In this document: positions 24,768-39,077 of the stretch, piece after piece
How positions within the stretch are numbered: position 1 is the stretch's first letter
Layout of the letters: each line of letters opens with the position of its first letter
Translations under genes and position numbers: made by a program
Notes under the pieces: model-generated
Told to the model about the DNA's origin: nothing
Databases searched by the model: none
What the model saw: only the letters and a program-made list of their open reading frames with translations
Assembly (NCBI RefSeq): GCF_009914755.1
Contig: NC_060938.1
Length of the DNA stretch: 64,000 nucleotides
Source: the human T2T-CHM13v2.0 reference genome, Homo sapiens
Strand: one strand, 5' to 3'

Positions 24768-24911
24768 CTCCATGACTTCTTCAGCACTGCGCACCCTCTG
24801 CATGGCCGCTGGGCCACTCTGATCCCTCCCACGGCCGCAGATGGCGGCACCAAGGGAGTTCCCTCTTGAGGAGTCTCAGCCCAAGAGCGAGTGCAGAAAC
24901 GGGAAAAGTGG
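24768..24911 (-). ncRNA. Candidate internal exon (144 nt)
   Basis: Pyrimidine tract TTCCCTCCTCCTCTCTGTCAAG| and donor GAG|GTGAGA; followed by a 90-nt GT-AG intron to TTTTCAG| at 24678. Confidence 0.4.
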
Positions 24912-25109
24912 CTTGACAGAGAGGAGGAGGGAACAGCCACCAGCAGGCACCAAGAGTCCTCTCCCAGAGCCCTGGGACCCTGGAGCCCAGGCCTGCTTCC
25001 TTTCCGTCCTCACCCTGTAGAGGACTCAAGGGGGCCTTCAAAGTCTTCTCGTTGCTCCGTTAAAGCTCAAGGAAATACAGTGGAAAGGGGACAGGTTTGG
25101 TTTGATGTC

Positions 25110-25575
25110 TGTGTCAGTCTCCCAGGGATGCCGTAATTCACAAAGCACCACAGACCGTGTGCCTTACACAGCCGAAGTGTACTCGCTCACAGTTCCGGAG
25201 GCTGCAAGATCCAGACTGCAGTGTCAGCAGGACTGCTTCTTTCTAAGACTGTGAGGGAGGATCTGTCCCTGGCCTCTCCCGGCTTCTCCTAACTCACTGG
25301 TCATCCTTGGCCTTCCTTGGCTTGTAGAAGCACCACGCTGACCTCTGCCTCCATCCTCAGGTGGCATCCACCCTGAGTGCGGGTCTGTCTCCAAATTTCC
25401 CCTTTTGATAAGGACCTGTCCTATTGGACGAGGGCCTACCCCATTCCAGCATGACTTCATCGTAACTAATTACCTCTGCAACTACATTACTTCTAAGTAA
25501 AGTGACACTCCAAGGTCCTGGGAGGTAGGACCATAACATAAATCTGGGGGGAGGAACACAGTTCAACCCATAATA
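25110..25575 (-). mobile_element. MaLR LTR (MLT1B/C-like)
   Basis: CTCACAGTTCCGGAGGCTGCAAG...AAATTTCCCCTTTTGATAAGGAC...ACACAGTTCAACCCATAA. Confidence 0.85.
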
Positions 25576-25779
25576 ATATGGACCGAAGTCCAGCCTGCAA
25601 CTCAGCCACTTACAACTCAGCCACTTTCCTTCCTTGGAGACAAACTGCAACTGCATCTGCCCACACCATGCTTCCTTTGGCTGTGAAATGGGAAGGCAGT
25701 GGCTGCTTGTCATGATTGTCATAAACAATCCAGGAGACACAGAAGCGCCTCTCAGGTGTACCACATGCCTGAGGCTTAC

Positions 25780-26105
25780 CGTATGCTCACAATGGTGTGG
25801 ATGGCATTGTTCTCATTATCAGGCAGCTCTGCCAGTCTCTCCCAGCCTGAGAGAGGCCATCTCCCGGCCCCAGGTATAAACATCCTTTTTCCACACTTCC
25901 TGCCAGCATCAGTGACCTTCAGAAAACCCTTAGGGGACAAGCGGAGTGTTGAAGTGCTGAGAGTTGAAGAGCTCAATCCACTGCTCCAATGCAACCCGGG
26001 GCCAGAGCCGGCTTTTCTCTTTGACACTTTCCTAGTGGCACTGGCTGGGCACATGCTTGAAAGGAAGAAGTCATCTGCAAGGAGCTCTGGTCTGGGCTGC
26101 ACACG
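25780..26105 (-). ncRNA. Candidate internal exon (326 nt)
   Basis: Acceptor CATTTTCAG| at 26106 and donor ACG|GTAAGC at 25779; unique sequence. Confidence 0.4.
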
Positions 26106-29100
26106 CTGAAAATGCATTTATTTGATTTATTTTTACATCCAATCTTGTTCCAGAAAGGATTTGAGGGGCCACGTGGTGAATCAAATCCATTGCAACTTAA
26201 TGGCTCTCCGCTTCGCACTTAGTGGGAGGGGGCTGAACAATTGGAAAATAGAAATAATCCCAAACTCCCATCTGATCCCAAAGGTGGCATCTTAGACCTG
26301 TTGCACATTGTTAAAGGCATTTTGTTTTTAAGCTACAAAGCTCAGCGTGTCAAGGTGATGAGGACGATGATCATGGCAATGATGGTGATGACGGAGGTGT
26401 TGGCTAACACGTGAAAGCTCGTCCTCTGATGGACCAGGTACTGTTCAAAGGAAGGAAAGGAAAGAAAATGAGGGGGACAAGGGGAAGAGGGAGGGGAGAA
26501 AATGGAACAAAGGGTTGGAGACCGTGTTAGAGACCCACAGTGTGGCCAAAGCAGTGTGCTCCTTACCCTCTAACCAAATCAAATCCCAGGAGAAAGCTCA
26601 CTCATTCTTTCAAAGTTGTGACTTATTTCAGAGAACAATCTGTGGTCATAGGTGGATCATGTTAGTCGTTCACTTCCAGAAAGCCAAATCTGGACCTGGC
26701 TCTCACCACGAGGCTCTGATGACCTCTCCATTTGGCCCCTGGGAAGCCTTTGCCATATTAAATGCTGTCACCTCTGCAGCGAGCAGATAGGGAGGCGCTG
26801 CTCCAGGGCCATCCCCAAGGATGCCTTGGCCAGCTTAGGGTGTGAGACGGCACCTGGAAAACTGTACCAGTGAGGCCAGAGGGCATGCAGCTGCTTCCTC
26901 AGTGCCTGGCATCCGTCACACCTGCAGTGCCCCTTCCACATCAGCCACGTGTGGCATCCTACACGGCCACAAGTGCCACGTCTGCAACCAGTCACACTTA
27001 AGCCCTCTGGTGACCCAGAAGAAAAAGGGAGAAAAGTGGATGCTAAGCTGCTATTTGGTAAAGAGTGAATACGACTGCACTCACCACATGGGGTTGGGGA
27101 GGGGCTCCGATAAGGTGCCTGAGTCACCCAATGGGCACTTGTCCATAGCCGCAAGGATGTCCTAGCAGGGTGATCACCGGGTGCTCTGTTGAGCAGGTTC
27201 CAGGGTGACAACTCCTTTGGTTTGCTCACACATCGGTAGCCACTGCTCCTAGCAAGGCCCCCCAGCCCCACTTCCCATCCAGCACACACTGCTGGCACCC
27301 CCACTCAGCCCCCGGCACTGCCCCTGAATTTCTCTCATAGCTAGCTAGCTCTCCATTGGCAACACTGGTGCCTGTCCCTGCCAGCAGCCCCAAGTCAGCA
27401 CCATGCCCGGCTGTTCATTATTAAATTGAAAAAAGGAGGAGGGTCCTGCCTTGATTCCCTTCCAACAAAGAGGCTCCTTGGTGGCTATGCAAATGTGCCC
27501 ACCTTCTCCTGGAACTTGCTGTGCAAACCGGCTTTGAAATTTCAGAGGGGCCCTGTGTCCCTTCCCCCAGGGGCTTGGCTAGCATTCCGTATCACTGAGG
27601 ACTTGGCAGGAACCATGGAGGAAGGTCAGGAGCACCTGCTCCCAGTGCACATCCTGCCGAGATGGCCCACGAACCAGTCAGCGGCTCTTCTTCAGAAGCA
27701 ATCTCAGGTCTGCCTGGCAGTCACAGCCCCACAGTGAAATACGCACCACGTCCCAACTGTGCATTCACATGTAATTCTCATCTCATTCTAAGTCTTATCT
27801 GATTCTCACCAAAAGGCTGAGTCCTGCTTGCCATCTGGGGAAACCGAGGCATGGTGAATCCAAGTGACTTGTCTTCTCATACATGGAGAAGGTGAGGTTG
27901 AAACCAGATCCAGGACACTGCAGAGACCCCTCTCATCCCTTTGACCTTTCCAGAAAAGGACCTGCAAGAGATAAAGTAGTTTCCGAAAGGCCTCCAGGCA
28001 GGGGAGGGGCCTCTGATAATACTCACAGCTCAAAGTTGGTTTGGAACAAAGCCCTCCTGGTGCCATGGCACTGGGGCAGCAAAGCGGGGCAGAAAATGAT
28101 GGGAGGGGAGCCGCCTCCCAAAGGGCTGCAAACTGGGGTGAATTGAGGCTACTTAATACATTCAATCCATCAGAGTAATGCCTTGTAATTAAGATTCCTG
28201 GAAATGAAGTAGTACCGGGGCACTCCATGGAAGATCTGCCTTCAAACGGTTCAGGTCAGCCTTAGGCTCAAGCACGGCTCTAATTGACGGCTCCCCTTGG
28301 GTCTGAAAGAAAAGATGTAATCAGACCACACAAAGCACGTCCTGTCCAATTACAAGGATCGGCATGGATGGGCTGACCTGTGACCTATAAAACAAAATTA
28401 AGATTTCCAAACATCACCAGGAGGTAGGGGGAGAGATGGCTCGTCCGTGCTCCAGCCTTCCAACTCCCCAGAGTGGAGACAGAACAAAATCGTAGCCCTG
28501 GAAAGAAATGTGGTGGACTTTGATCAGCCATTGTGCAACCTTTCAGTTGGAGTCTTTCTGGGGGGTGGGAGGGTCAGGGGGACTAATGCTCAGTTTCTTG
28601 CACTGGATGTCCAGATGCGTTATCACAAAAGAGCATTTCTTTGCAGTTGAGCCCTAGAGTGCCAGGAAGCTAGTTCTCGAAACAAGCCAGAATCTCCAAC
28701 AGCCATAGGACATGCTAATTACGTTTGGGGGCAGTGTGGGGATGCACTTGATGTCATGGTGGAAAACACCCCCATACTCACGCCTTATGGGACCTGCACT
28801 CTGGAGCATGAGGCCGACTGCCTGGGTTCTGGGGTGAGAACCTATCAACAGCAATTGAGGAATGTTTATCCATTCTTCTGTCTCCTGACTCAGGGAGCTG
28901 TGTTTCATCTTCCAGGAAAGAACTGGGCGGGCACATTGCACTTAGCTTATTCAACTATCAGGGACCTCCAGCGGTCGGGAGGTTGAGGAAGAGTCATGGG
29001 GCCTCACAAAGTCTTTGCAGAAACAGGCCTTTGCCTCCGCGCCGCCGAGCCAGGAGAACCTGCAGCGAGCAACTAGCTCTTCTTTCCTTCTCTTTTAAAA

Positions 29101-30829
29101 TCAACACCCGTCCCCAGATTTGCTTTTGGCAAACATTGCTTAACTGCTGCTGTTTTCCCTGAAGTCACTGAAGAGAGAGTTAGATAATGAGCTGGCATGC
29201 TCTTTTGAAATGTTTACTGTGTTCCTTAAAGCAAGGGACATGCTGGTTCCTAAACTAATTTGGGGTTGCTAGATCTTTTCTACTCTTTTTGGAGATCTCC
29301 GAAGTAAACACATGGACTTAAGTATAATTATCCGAGAGTCAAATAAACAGTCATGGGGCTTTCTAAAGGATGAACCTTTGCAGATTTGTCGATAGAAATT
29401 TTTTCTCAATTCTCCCAACAGAAAGGACAGAGAATGCATGAGTATTAAGATAATGCACCATAGCACGCCCCAAAGATTTGAGGATAAAAGATCAGGTTGT
29501 CTTATTTTCAGTTCAAGGAAACCAAAGGTGATGACAGGACCTCAATGGCCATGGCATATGGGATAGACCCAGATAGTTAAAGAAAACTTCCTCAATGCAA
29601 ACTGTTCTTCATAACGGAATTCACATTTGAAAAATTTCTGAGTTTCAACCTGGCAGGTTGCAAAGTCTTGTTAAAAAAAAAAAATTAAAGCTCAAGGCAT
29701 CCAGTCATGTGTAATTTCGGTGAGAACTGTAATAAATGCATCCACGTAAGCCCTAAATTCCCACTGTCAAAATGAAGATCTAGGGTTAGCATGACATTTA
29801 TATAAATCCCACTTGGTATTTTGGTTGCATGTTTTTCCAAAGGAGTTCAAAGGCATTTATAGACATTCTGATTAGTGCTTGTGATATCCCAGTGGGGTGG
29901 CAAATTCTATTAGCTCAGTTTTACATTTGGGAATAGAAAATCTTAAAGCAGCCAAATGGTTTGGCAAAAACCATATGGCATGTCACTGATAGTGCTTTGA
30001 GAAGAAAACAGGTTTTCCCAGCATCTCTCCCTGCTTCAGTCCTCTGTCCAATTTGCTTGCAGGATTTTTTTTTAATGTTAGATAATGTCATGGTGATTTT
30101 TAGAGTCTATGTAAAATCTCATCTACATTTGCAGCCTGCTGGGCCAATGTCCACCTGTGCAGGACAGAGTAACCTTGAGCCCCTCCCTTCCATTTGTTGG
30201 GAAGGACAGACCTCTCTGAATTGCTCCAGCCAGCTGGAAAGCTGAGCCCCCAAGCAAATAATGTCAAGAAGAGACGATAGGAGCCCAGAAAGTAATTCCC
30301 CAAGCCCCTTTTCCTCTGCAGAATGTTTGCAGGCTCCCCGAGCGTGAGGCATAATGACTTCCTCCACTCCCAGAGTCCAAACAAGAAGTGGAGAAGGAAG
30401 AACAAGAAGAAAGACGTGGGCTTGTTGTCTAGGGCAGATGGTGTATCAGGAACAGATGTCAGGGATGAAGAAGACACTCCTCAGCTCCTCGTTGGTTGCC
30501 ATCATCTCTTCAAGAAGTACCTCAGACTGCAAGGAACAGAGTGAGCAGTGGCCAGGGGAAGAGGTGAGCAGTCCAGGACTGCCGCCCAGGGGAGGAGGGT
30601 GCTATGCTCCCAGGCCACGTGATTCCATTCCAAGGCATTTCAAGACCTTGAAGACAAAATTGCTCGACTCAGCCAGTAGTAACATTTGAGGAGTTGCTGT
30701 GGCCGGAAGAAGGTGCCAAAATATTGCCACCATGAGGCAACATTATTACTTGTGGGCCCAGAAGTGCCCTCCCCTGCAGGCTGGCTCCATGAACTGCTCT
30801 CCTTTCACCTGGTTACACCCACACTGTCT

Positions 30830-31200
30830 GTCTGTCTTTTCTTTCCTCATTCTGCCCTTCCTGCTCGGGGGCCTTTACATGCTATGCCGTCTGCCAGAAA
30901 CGCCCTTCCCCACCTTGTGTGCACCTGCCTGTATCCTTCGAATGTTCAAACATGGCTTCCTCAAGGAAGCCTTCTTTCCCGAGCCTCAATCTGGGGTCAA
31001 GCCCACTCATTCCAGGCTTTGCAGCCTCTCCTGCAAGTCACCGGTGGCAAATGAGATGAAATCATTGGTTGTTATTTAGTTGTGAGTTGGGCGTCTCTAC
31101 CAGTGGCAGATAAACCCCATCGAGGCAGCAGGCTGAGCTTTCTCTTATTCATCGCTGTCAGCCCAGCATCCATCTATATTTAACAAATTAATAAAATAAA
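30830..31200 (+). mobile_element. L2 3' fragment
   Basis: GGGCCTTTACATGCTATGCCGTCTGCCAGAAACGCCCTTCCC...GGAAGCCTTCT and TTATTCATCGCTGTCAGCCCAGCA are typical L2 3' motifs. Confidence 0.65.
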
Positions 31201-32019
31201 TAGCTCATCAGTCTGGTTTGAAGAAACAGCCACATGAGCAGTGTAGAGGAAGGTGCTGTAGGGTGAACTTATGGGTTTATTTCCCACAGCCATGAAAACA
31301 TTTAACACCAAGTCATATGATTTTGCCTCCTTTTCTCCATGGCCCAAATTTCCCATTCTAGGACCTCAGTCTTCTGACCTCCACTAGCCAGCCTCTGCTC
31401 CAAGAGGAAAAGGGAATGACAAGGCTCAGCTCACGTTTTCTGAATAGGAATGGTCTGCTCCCCCTTAGTGTCATTCCTGGAGATCAAGGAGGGTCCCTTC
31501 TCTAAAGGGCTAGCTCTTTTTCTGCTGGGAAATAGTGAATTTGTGTGGACTTTATAATATTTATTTTTAAAGGTAAATTTTTTCCATGGATTTTTGTAGG
31601 CTTTGCTTGTTTGGAAGAAATCAATTAGGATTTATTATATTTTAGCCATGCTTCAAAATACACAGGAGATTAAAAATCTAAACTCCTGATAATTGTATTT
31701 TATAAAATTAGGACTGCTTATTTAATTATGAGGAAAAGTCTCCATCATCATTAATATCATTGTTTATAAGCTTTTGGGTTTTGTTTTCCTCTCAAACACA
31801 GTTCCACGTTTCCCAATGGGAACATCTTTAAAATATCATTAGAAACAAAGGTGTCAGCCACTCTTCACAGCTTCCGCAGCTGCTTTTATCAAATATCCAG
31901 GGGCCTGTTTTAAAAGCAGAGAAATTCTCCAAGGAAGAAATGGCTTGGAGATCTGTCATTGCTACTAGAACATAACAACCAATCTTCATAAGCAGTAAAA
32001 ATAATTCCAAGAGAAGTAA

Positions 32020-32500
<481 letters not shown>

Positions 32501-32594
32501 CACAGAGCTTCTTATTAATTATAGAAATTGTCCTGAAACTTTGAAACCAATGGGAGTGGGGAGTTGGGGGACAGGTAACAAATTTTGCCATGAT

Positions 32595-33597
32595 ACCATT
32601 GACTTAAAATCACGAGATCTATACATTTAGAAAAGAGGAGTTTTATTTTTTATAAACGATTACAACCTGTAGGCTGTTCTGTTTAACAACTTGTTAAATC
32701 AGGAACAGGCACTTTGAAGAAGGAACAGTAACAGAGGAAACTATGCTGAAGGAGCTGGCTAAGCGTACAGATTTAGCAGGTTATAGGAGGAGCTGGGAAG
32801 ATTCATGAAGAGGGGCTGTGTGCACGTGTAGTAAGCAAACATCTTTGTTACATCCATCAACACACACATGTTCACCTGGGAGTGAAGACTTCACATTTAA
32901 ATGTTTTACAGTTGGGCCCTATATGTCGCAAGGTGCAGCTGGGACTCCAAGGCACTCAGTGCACAGTCCCCATGGACCAGCCAGAACCAGTCCCCGGAGG
33001 GTGGTCTCCCATCAGGGGAAAGTTACTGAAATCAGTCTCTTGTTCACTCGAAGCTGTAGTTATGGCTTGCGGGACAGGGATCAGTTAGTCAGCATCTGGT
33101 GGAGCTGCCATTGTTTTAATATTGCTTATCTTGAGGTCAATGCTTATTTAGCTGTTAGAAAAAAGACAAAACCTCGTGGCAGTGAGAGCCTCGTTTATTC
33201 TTGAAGCACAGAGGTGCGTGATTTAACCCTTGCCTGCCACGGCCTCCGGTCTTACTTGCAATTTGGCATCCTATCGTCAGTCTGATTATCTCTAGCGTTC
33301 ATGCTGGTCAGTTGTTGTGTCTAAACTGCAAAAGGCAGGGGGTCTGGCTGTAACGTCAGGTGACTGGTTGAAATCAGCAGTGGAGCAAATCTTTCAAAAG
33401 GGCTGGTTTCTGTTTATCTCTTTAAAAAGAAACTCTAATGGCGGTTAGCGAGGGAGGGGCTGTCTTGAGGTGTGCCTGACCTCTCATCCATCCCATGGCC
33501 GGGAACTCAGTTTTTAAGGTTCTCTGGGGGTCTCTTTGGCCAAGAGGAGGTCCATTCAGTCAGCTGGGGGGCTTAGGATTTTATTTGTATTTCTCAA
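32595..33597 (-). mobile_element. MER4-group ERV1 solo-LTR-like element (~1 kb)
   Basis: Ends CCATTCAGTCAGCTGGGGGGCTTAGGATTTTATTTGTATTTCTCA, typical of MER4-group LTR termini; internal MER51/MER57-like motifs. Subfamily uncertain. Confidence 0.7.
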
Positions 33598-34746
33598 TAC
33601 AATCAGATCTTTTTCAATTCCCTTCCTTAAGCTTGAATATCCTTTGAAAACTCCACAAACCTAAAATAATATGTGCACTGAATTCACGTATCCAAAATTA
33701 TGAGCTTATGAAATTTAAAGATGCATTTCGATAATGGTCACACACTTATAATTCCCATTTGCTTCAAATGGTTTTAATTTCATGACAAAAGGCACTGGCC
33801 ATTTACCCAGAGGCAGACACAAATCTGAGAAGAGGCCATTAGCACTCCTATAAAAAACAAATGGAAGCCTTCTGTTTTCTTGACTTCATAGTTCTACAGT
33901 GTCAAGCAAATGTGGAGCTGTCATTTTCATACCAGAAGCCAAGGGGGAAAAGGACAAAGGGAAACCCAAAACTCATGCAACAGATTTTCAGCAGCAGGGA
34001 AATTAATCTCATTGGACTCCTTTGCTCAGCTACCAAGATGAGCAACTTATGCTTCTTCAGTAAGTTCTTTTATCACTTTCTCAGATTCTAGAAGTGGAAG
34101 ATATCTGCCCAGATTGAGACAAACTCCTCTCCCCTTTCCCATGTTAGTCTCTTTTCGTATCATCTGTGAGTTCCCAAACAAGGACTGAATTTCTGCCACC
34201 TGCTGCCAAAGATGGTGGCCTGTGACATGCGTGAGGAGGCAGGGTCTCCTGGGCTAGAGCTTAGCCATCGTCGTAAGAGGAAGGTGGGAACTGACTCTCC
34301 CATCCTCTGTGCGATGGCTAATTGTATGTGTCAACTTGAGCAGGCCAAGGGCTGCCCGGATTAAACATCATTATTGGGTGTGCCTATGAGAGTGTTTCAG
34401 GATGAGGTGAGCATTTGAGTGGATTCCGCCAAGCAAATCACCCTCCCCAGTGTGAGTGGACAGCATCTCACCCCTTGAGGCCCTGAATGTAACGAAAGGT
34501 GGAGGAAGAAGGAATTCACCTTTCTTTCTTCCTACCTGCCTGCTTGAGCTGGAAAAAAAAAGATCATCTCATGTTCTTCTGCCCTTGGCCTGGGACTTAA
34601 CACCATCGTCTACCCTGGTTCTCAGGACTTTGGCTCCAACTGAACTATAGCACCTGGGGCTTTCCTGGGGCTCCAGCTTGCAGAGGCAGATCATGGGGTT
34701 TCTCACCTCCATAATCGTGCAAGCCAATTCCTCATAATAAGGCTCT

Positions 34747-34773
<27 letters not shown>
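34747..34773 (+). repeat. (CA)n microsatellite
   Basis: About 13 CA units. Confidence 0.95.
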
Positions 34774-34778
<5 letters not shown>

Positions 34779-34779
34779 T

Positions 34780-35093
34780 GAGTCATGCACTGAATAATGT
34801 CATTTCAATCAATGATAGACCGCATGTACTACAGTGGTCTCACGAGATTATGATACCATATTTTTACCGTATCTTTTCTATGTTCAGATATGTGTAGATA
34901 CACAAATACTTACCACTGGATTACAGCTGCCTGCAGTATTCAGTACAGTCACATGCCGTATGTCTTTCTAGCCTAGGAGCAAAAGGTGCTACCCTCTAGG
35001 CCTGTATGAATACACTCTTTAATGTTTGCACAACAAAATCACCTAATGACACATACCTCAGAAGGTATTCCATCATCAAGCCAGGCATGACTG
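34780..35093. mobile_element. Tigger3a (MER7A)-like DNA transposon MITE
   Basis: Terminal inverted repeats (G)AGTCATGC...GCATGACTG; internal TAGATACACAAATACTTACCA and GTATTCAGTACAGT. Confidence 0.85.
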
Positions 35094-35679
35094 GATATAT
35101 CCCCTGGTGGTTCTGTTTCTCTGGAGAACCCTAAGGCACTCTGCCTCGGCCTCATCCCCACTTTGCCAACCGGATCCTCCATTCCTTATGTCTTCACTGA
35201 TTTCGTAAAGTCACTTCTCCGCAGGTGATGAACAATCTCCTATGGTCAGTGTGATCTTTGAAACAGGCAATTCTGTCCATATTGGCCCCTACTGAAGATC
35301 CTCCCATAGCTCCCAGGATAGAGATTGCATCCTGAGTGTGACCTTCCCCCACACCTTCCAGCCTCATCCCGTGTCTCCCCCTTCCACCTCCTTTGCTGCA
35401 GCCACACTGAATCAGTTTCCAAAGCCGTCGGCTGTCTACACTGCCATGTCTGCCAACCAAGCAAGCACTCAGGGCTTGCTGGGCATTGTGATGGGCACTG
35501 GGTACAGCAATGGCTGCAGGGAGTTCACAGTTGAGTAAATTTAAAGCAATGTTGCAGAGTGCTGGACTCAGCTCCAATCACCCCAACCCTGGGAAAGTGC
35601 CCTGCCCACCATCCCCCAGCCCCGCTTGACCGGGAGCCCATTCTTTTGTGTTCTCAGAACAAAGTTTAAAGATTGCAGT

Positions 35680-36545
35680 GCAGATACTTCACACCCATTA
35701 GAATGGCTACGATCAAAAAACATAAAAGAAGTATTGAAGAGGGCATGGAGAAACTGGAATCTTTGTGCATTGCTAGTGGGAATGTAAAATGGTACAGCCA
35801 CTGTGGAGAGCAGTATGGCACTTCCTCAAAATAGTTGACATATAATATAATTATTATATGATCTAGCAATTCCACTTCTGGATAGATAGCAAAAAGAACA
35901 GAAAAGAACTCACATAGATATATGTACACCTGTGTTCATAGCAGCTTTCTTCACAACAAAAAGGTAGAAACAACCAAGTGCCCATCAACAGATGAAAGGG
36001 TAAACAAAACGTGGTACATCCATACAGTGGAATATTATTCAGCCAGAAGATTTTGAATGCTCCCAATACAAAGAAATGGTAAATGTTTGAGGTGATAGAT
36101 ATACTAGTTACCTCGCTTTTCATTACACATTGTATACACATATCGAAATATCACATCTACACCATAAATATGTACAATTCTTATGTGTCAATTAAACATT
36201 TGAAGAAGGAAGGAAAATTTGACACAATATTACAACATGAGTGAATCTTAAAGATGTTATTCTAAATAAAATAAGCCACACACAAGAGGACAAATACTGT
36301 ACTATTCCAAGATTAAGAAAGTAGAATGGTGGTTATCAGGAGCTGGGTGGAAGGTAGAAATTGGGTGTTCTTGTTTAATGGGGACATAGTTTTAACTTGG
36401 AAGGATAAACATGTTCTAGAGTGGATGATGGTGATGGTTGCACCACAATGTGAATGTACATAATGCCACACAACTGTACACATAAAAATGGCTAAGATAG
36501 TAACTTTCATGTTCTGTATATTTTACCACAATAAAAAAATATATA
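35680..36545 (+). mobile_element. L1MB-like 3' end containing a nested L1MA-like 3' tail (~36044-36200)
   Basis: The L1 ORF2 end/3' UTR is interrupted after TATTCAGCC by a segment ending TATGTGTCAATTAAA, then resumes with AAGGAAGGAAAATTTGACACA. Confidence 0.75.
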
Positions 36546-36550
36546 GGTAA

Positions 36551-36916
<366 letters not shown>

Positions 36917-38831
36917 TAAACAACCAAACAACCAGACAAAACAACTATAAAAAAAAAAAAGACAATGATTTTTGGACACAGAACAACAGGCCACACAGAG
37001 CAGAGATCCTTTAAAGAAGGGAAACAAATGGGCAAGCCTTACCACGGTCCTCACTTACCACCTAGAAATCCTTTCTAGGCTACGTTCCAGGGAAAGCTGA
37101 CCCAAACAGAGCCTGCTGTTCCCTCAAAGGAGGAGACAGAGCTGAGAACCCAGGGAGGCCCAGGCAGCTAGAATTGTAGGGCAGAGTTCAACGAGGCTTC
37201 CCCTGGAGACTTCCATGGAGTACTGATGGATGTATGCCTGCAAGACAACTACCAAGGCCAGGAAACTCCCACCAGAAAGGAACAGGCAGAAAAATGTGTG
37301 AGTCTCAGTGGGCCAGGAACAGATTGTGTTCTCACCAGTCCAAGTAGAGAAACTTTGTAATACCCAAGGCATCAGGTAGAGTACTCAGAAGGCTATTGCC
37401 GCAAGAGCAAAGTAAAATCATCCCTACACCAATGGCCATCCTGGTTTCCCCTGACAACGCTTTAAAGTAAACCTCAAAAAGGATCAGGCTGTTTCCAAGT
37501 AACACAATGGCTTCCAAGGATAACACTCAAGAACATGTAAAGGAATATAAAATTATCCGGCACCTACAAAATAAAATGTACAATGCTGGCATCCAATGGA
37601 AAAGAATGCAAAGTAATAGAAAAATATGACCCAGAATCAGGAATATCAATCAATAGAAACAGACCCAGAAATGACACAGATGATAGAGTTAGTGGACAAA
37701 GATGTTAAAAAGTTATCATATTTTGTATGTAGAGTTAGTCGACAAAGATGTTAAAAAGTTATATTTTGTATGTAAAGAAGGTAGAGGAGAACATAAGAAT
37801 ATTGAAAAAGAGGCATTGGAAGTTGTAGAAAAGAAGACACAAATTGAATTGATAGAGTTTTTTTTAAAGCTTAGGATGAAGTGTAGATTACACTATAGAA
37901 AAAAAAATGTAGTGTACCTGAAGACACAGAAATGCAAGCCACACAAAATAAAATAAAGAAAGTAAAAAGATGGGGGAAGGGGAGACTGACCAGAGAATTA
38001 GCATTGCTGGGACAAATTCAAATGTCCCAATCTACATGTAATTGGAGTCCCTGAAGGAGAGGCAGATGGGAAAAAATTGAAGAAATTATGATTGAAATGT
38101 TTCCAAATTCTATAAAAACTATAAACCCACAGATACAAGAAGTTTGAAGAACCTCAACCACTGTACATCATAGTAAAATTGCCCAAAAGCAGTGATATAG
38201 AGAAAACTTTAAAAGCATTCAGCATAAGGGAGGGAGAAATGCTTTATGTACAGAAGAACAAATGTAAGAATGAGAGCCAAATTCTTATCAGAAACAAAGT
38301 ATGCCAAAAGATAATACAGCAACATCTGAAAGTGAAAACAACTGTCCATCTAGAATTATTTACCCACCAAGAAAAATTATCTTTCAAAAATAAAGGCAAA
38401 AAGGAAGACCTTTTCAGATACACAAAAGCTGAAGAAGTCCATTGCCAGCAGACCTTCACTTGCAAGAAATGGTCAAGTAAGCCCTTTGAGCAGAAGACAA
38501 ATGTTAACAGATAGAAATCTAGATGTATGCAAAGAAACGAAGAGCACCAGCAATGGTCCATATTGAATAAATATAAAAGGCATTTTCTCTTATTTAAAAA
38601 AAAATCTCTTTAAAAGATAATTGACTATTTCAAGTAAGCTTAATAATGAGGCTTAAAGTATATGAAGAAATGAAAGGCATAACAGCAATAGCACAAAGGC
38701 TGGAAAGGGAGAAACAGGAGTACAGCTTGGTAAGATGGTTGTGCTGTATGGGAGGTAGTCTAATATTACTCAAAGACAGACTGTTATAAATTTAAGATTT
38801 ATACTGAAAGTCCTAAAGCAACCTCTATTTA

Positions 38832-39077
<246 letters not shown>

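Larger units (their letters stand above)
34308..35136 (+). mobile_element. MLT2 (ERVL) LTR interrupted by (CA)n and Tigger3a
   Basis: Starts TGTGCGATGGCTAATTGTATGTGTCAACTTGA and resumes after the insert with GGTTCTGTTTCTCTGGAGAACCCTAA. Confidence 0.85.
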
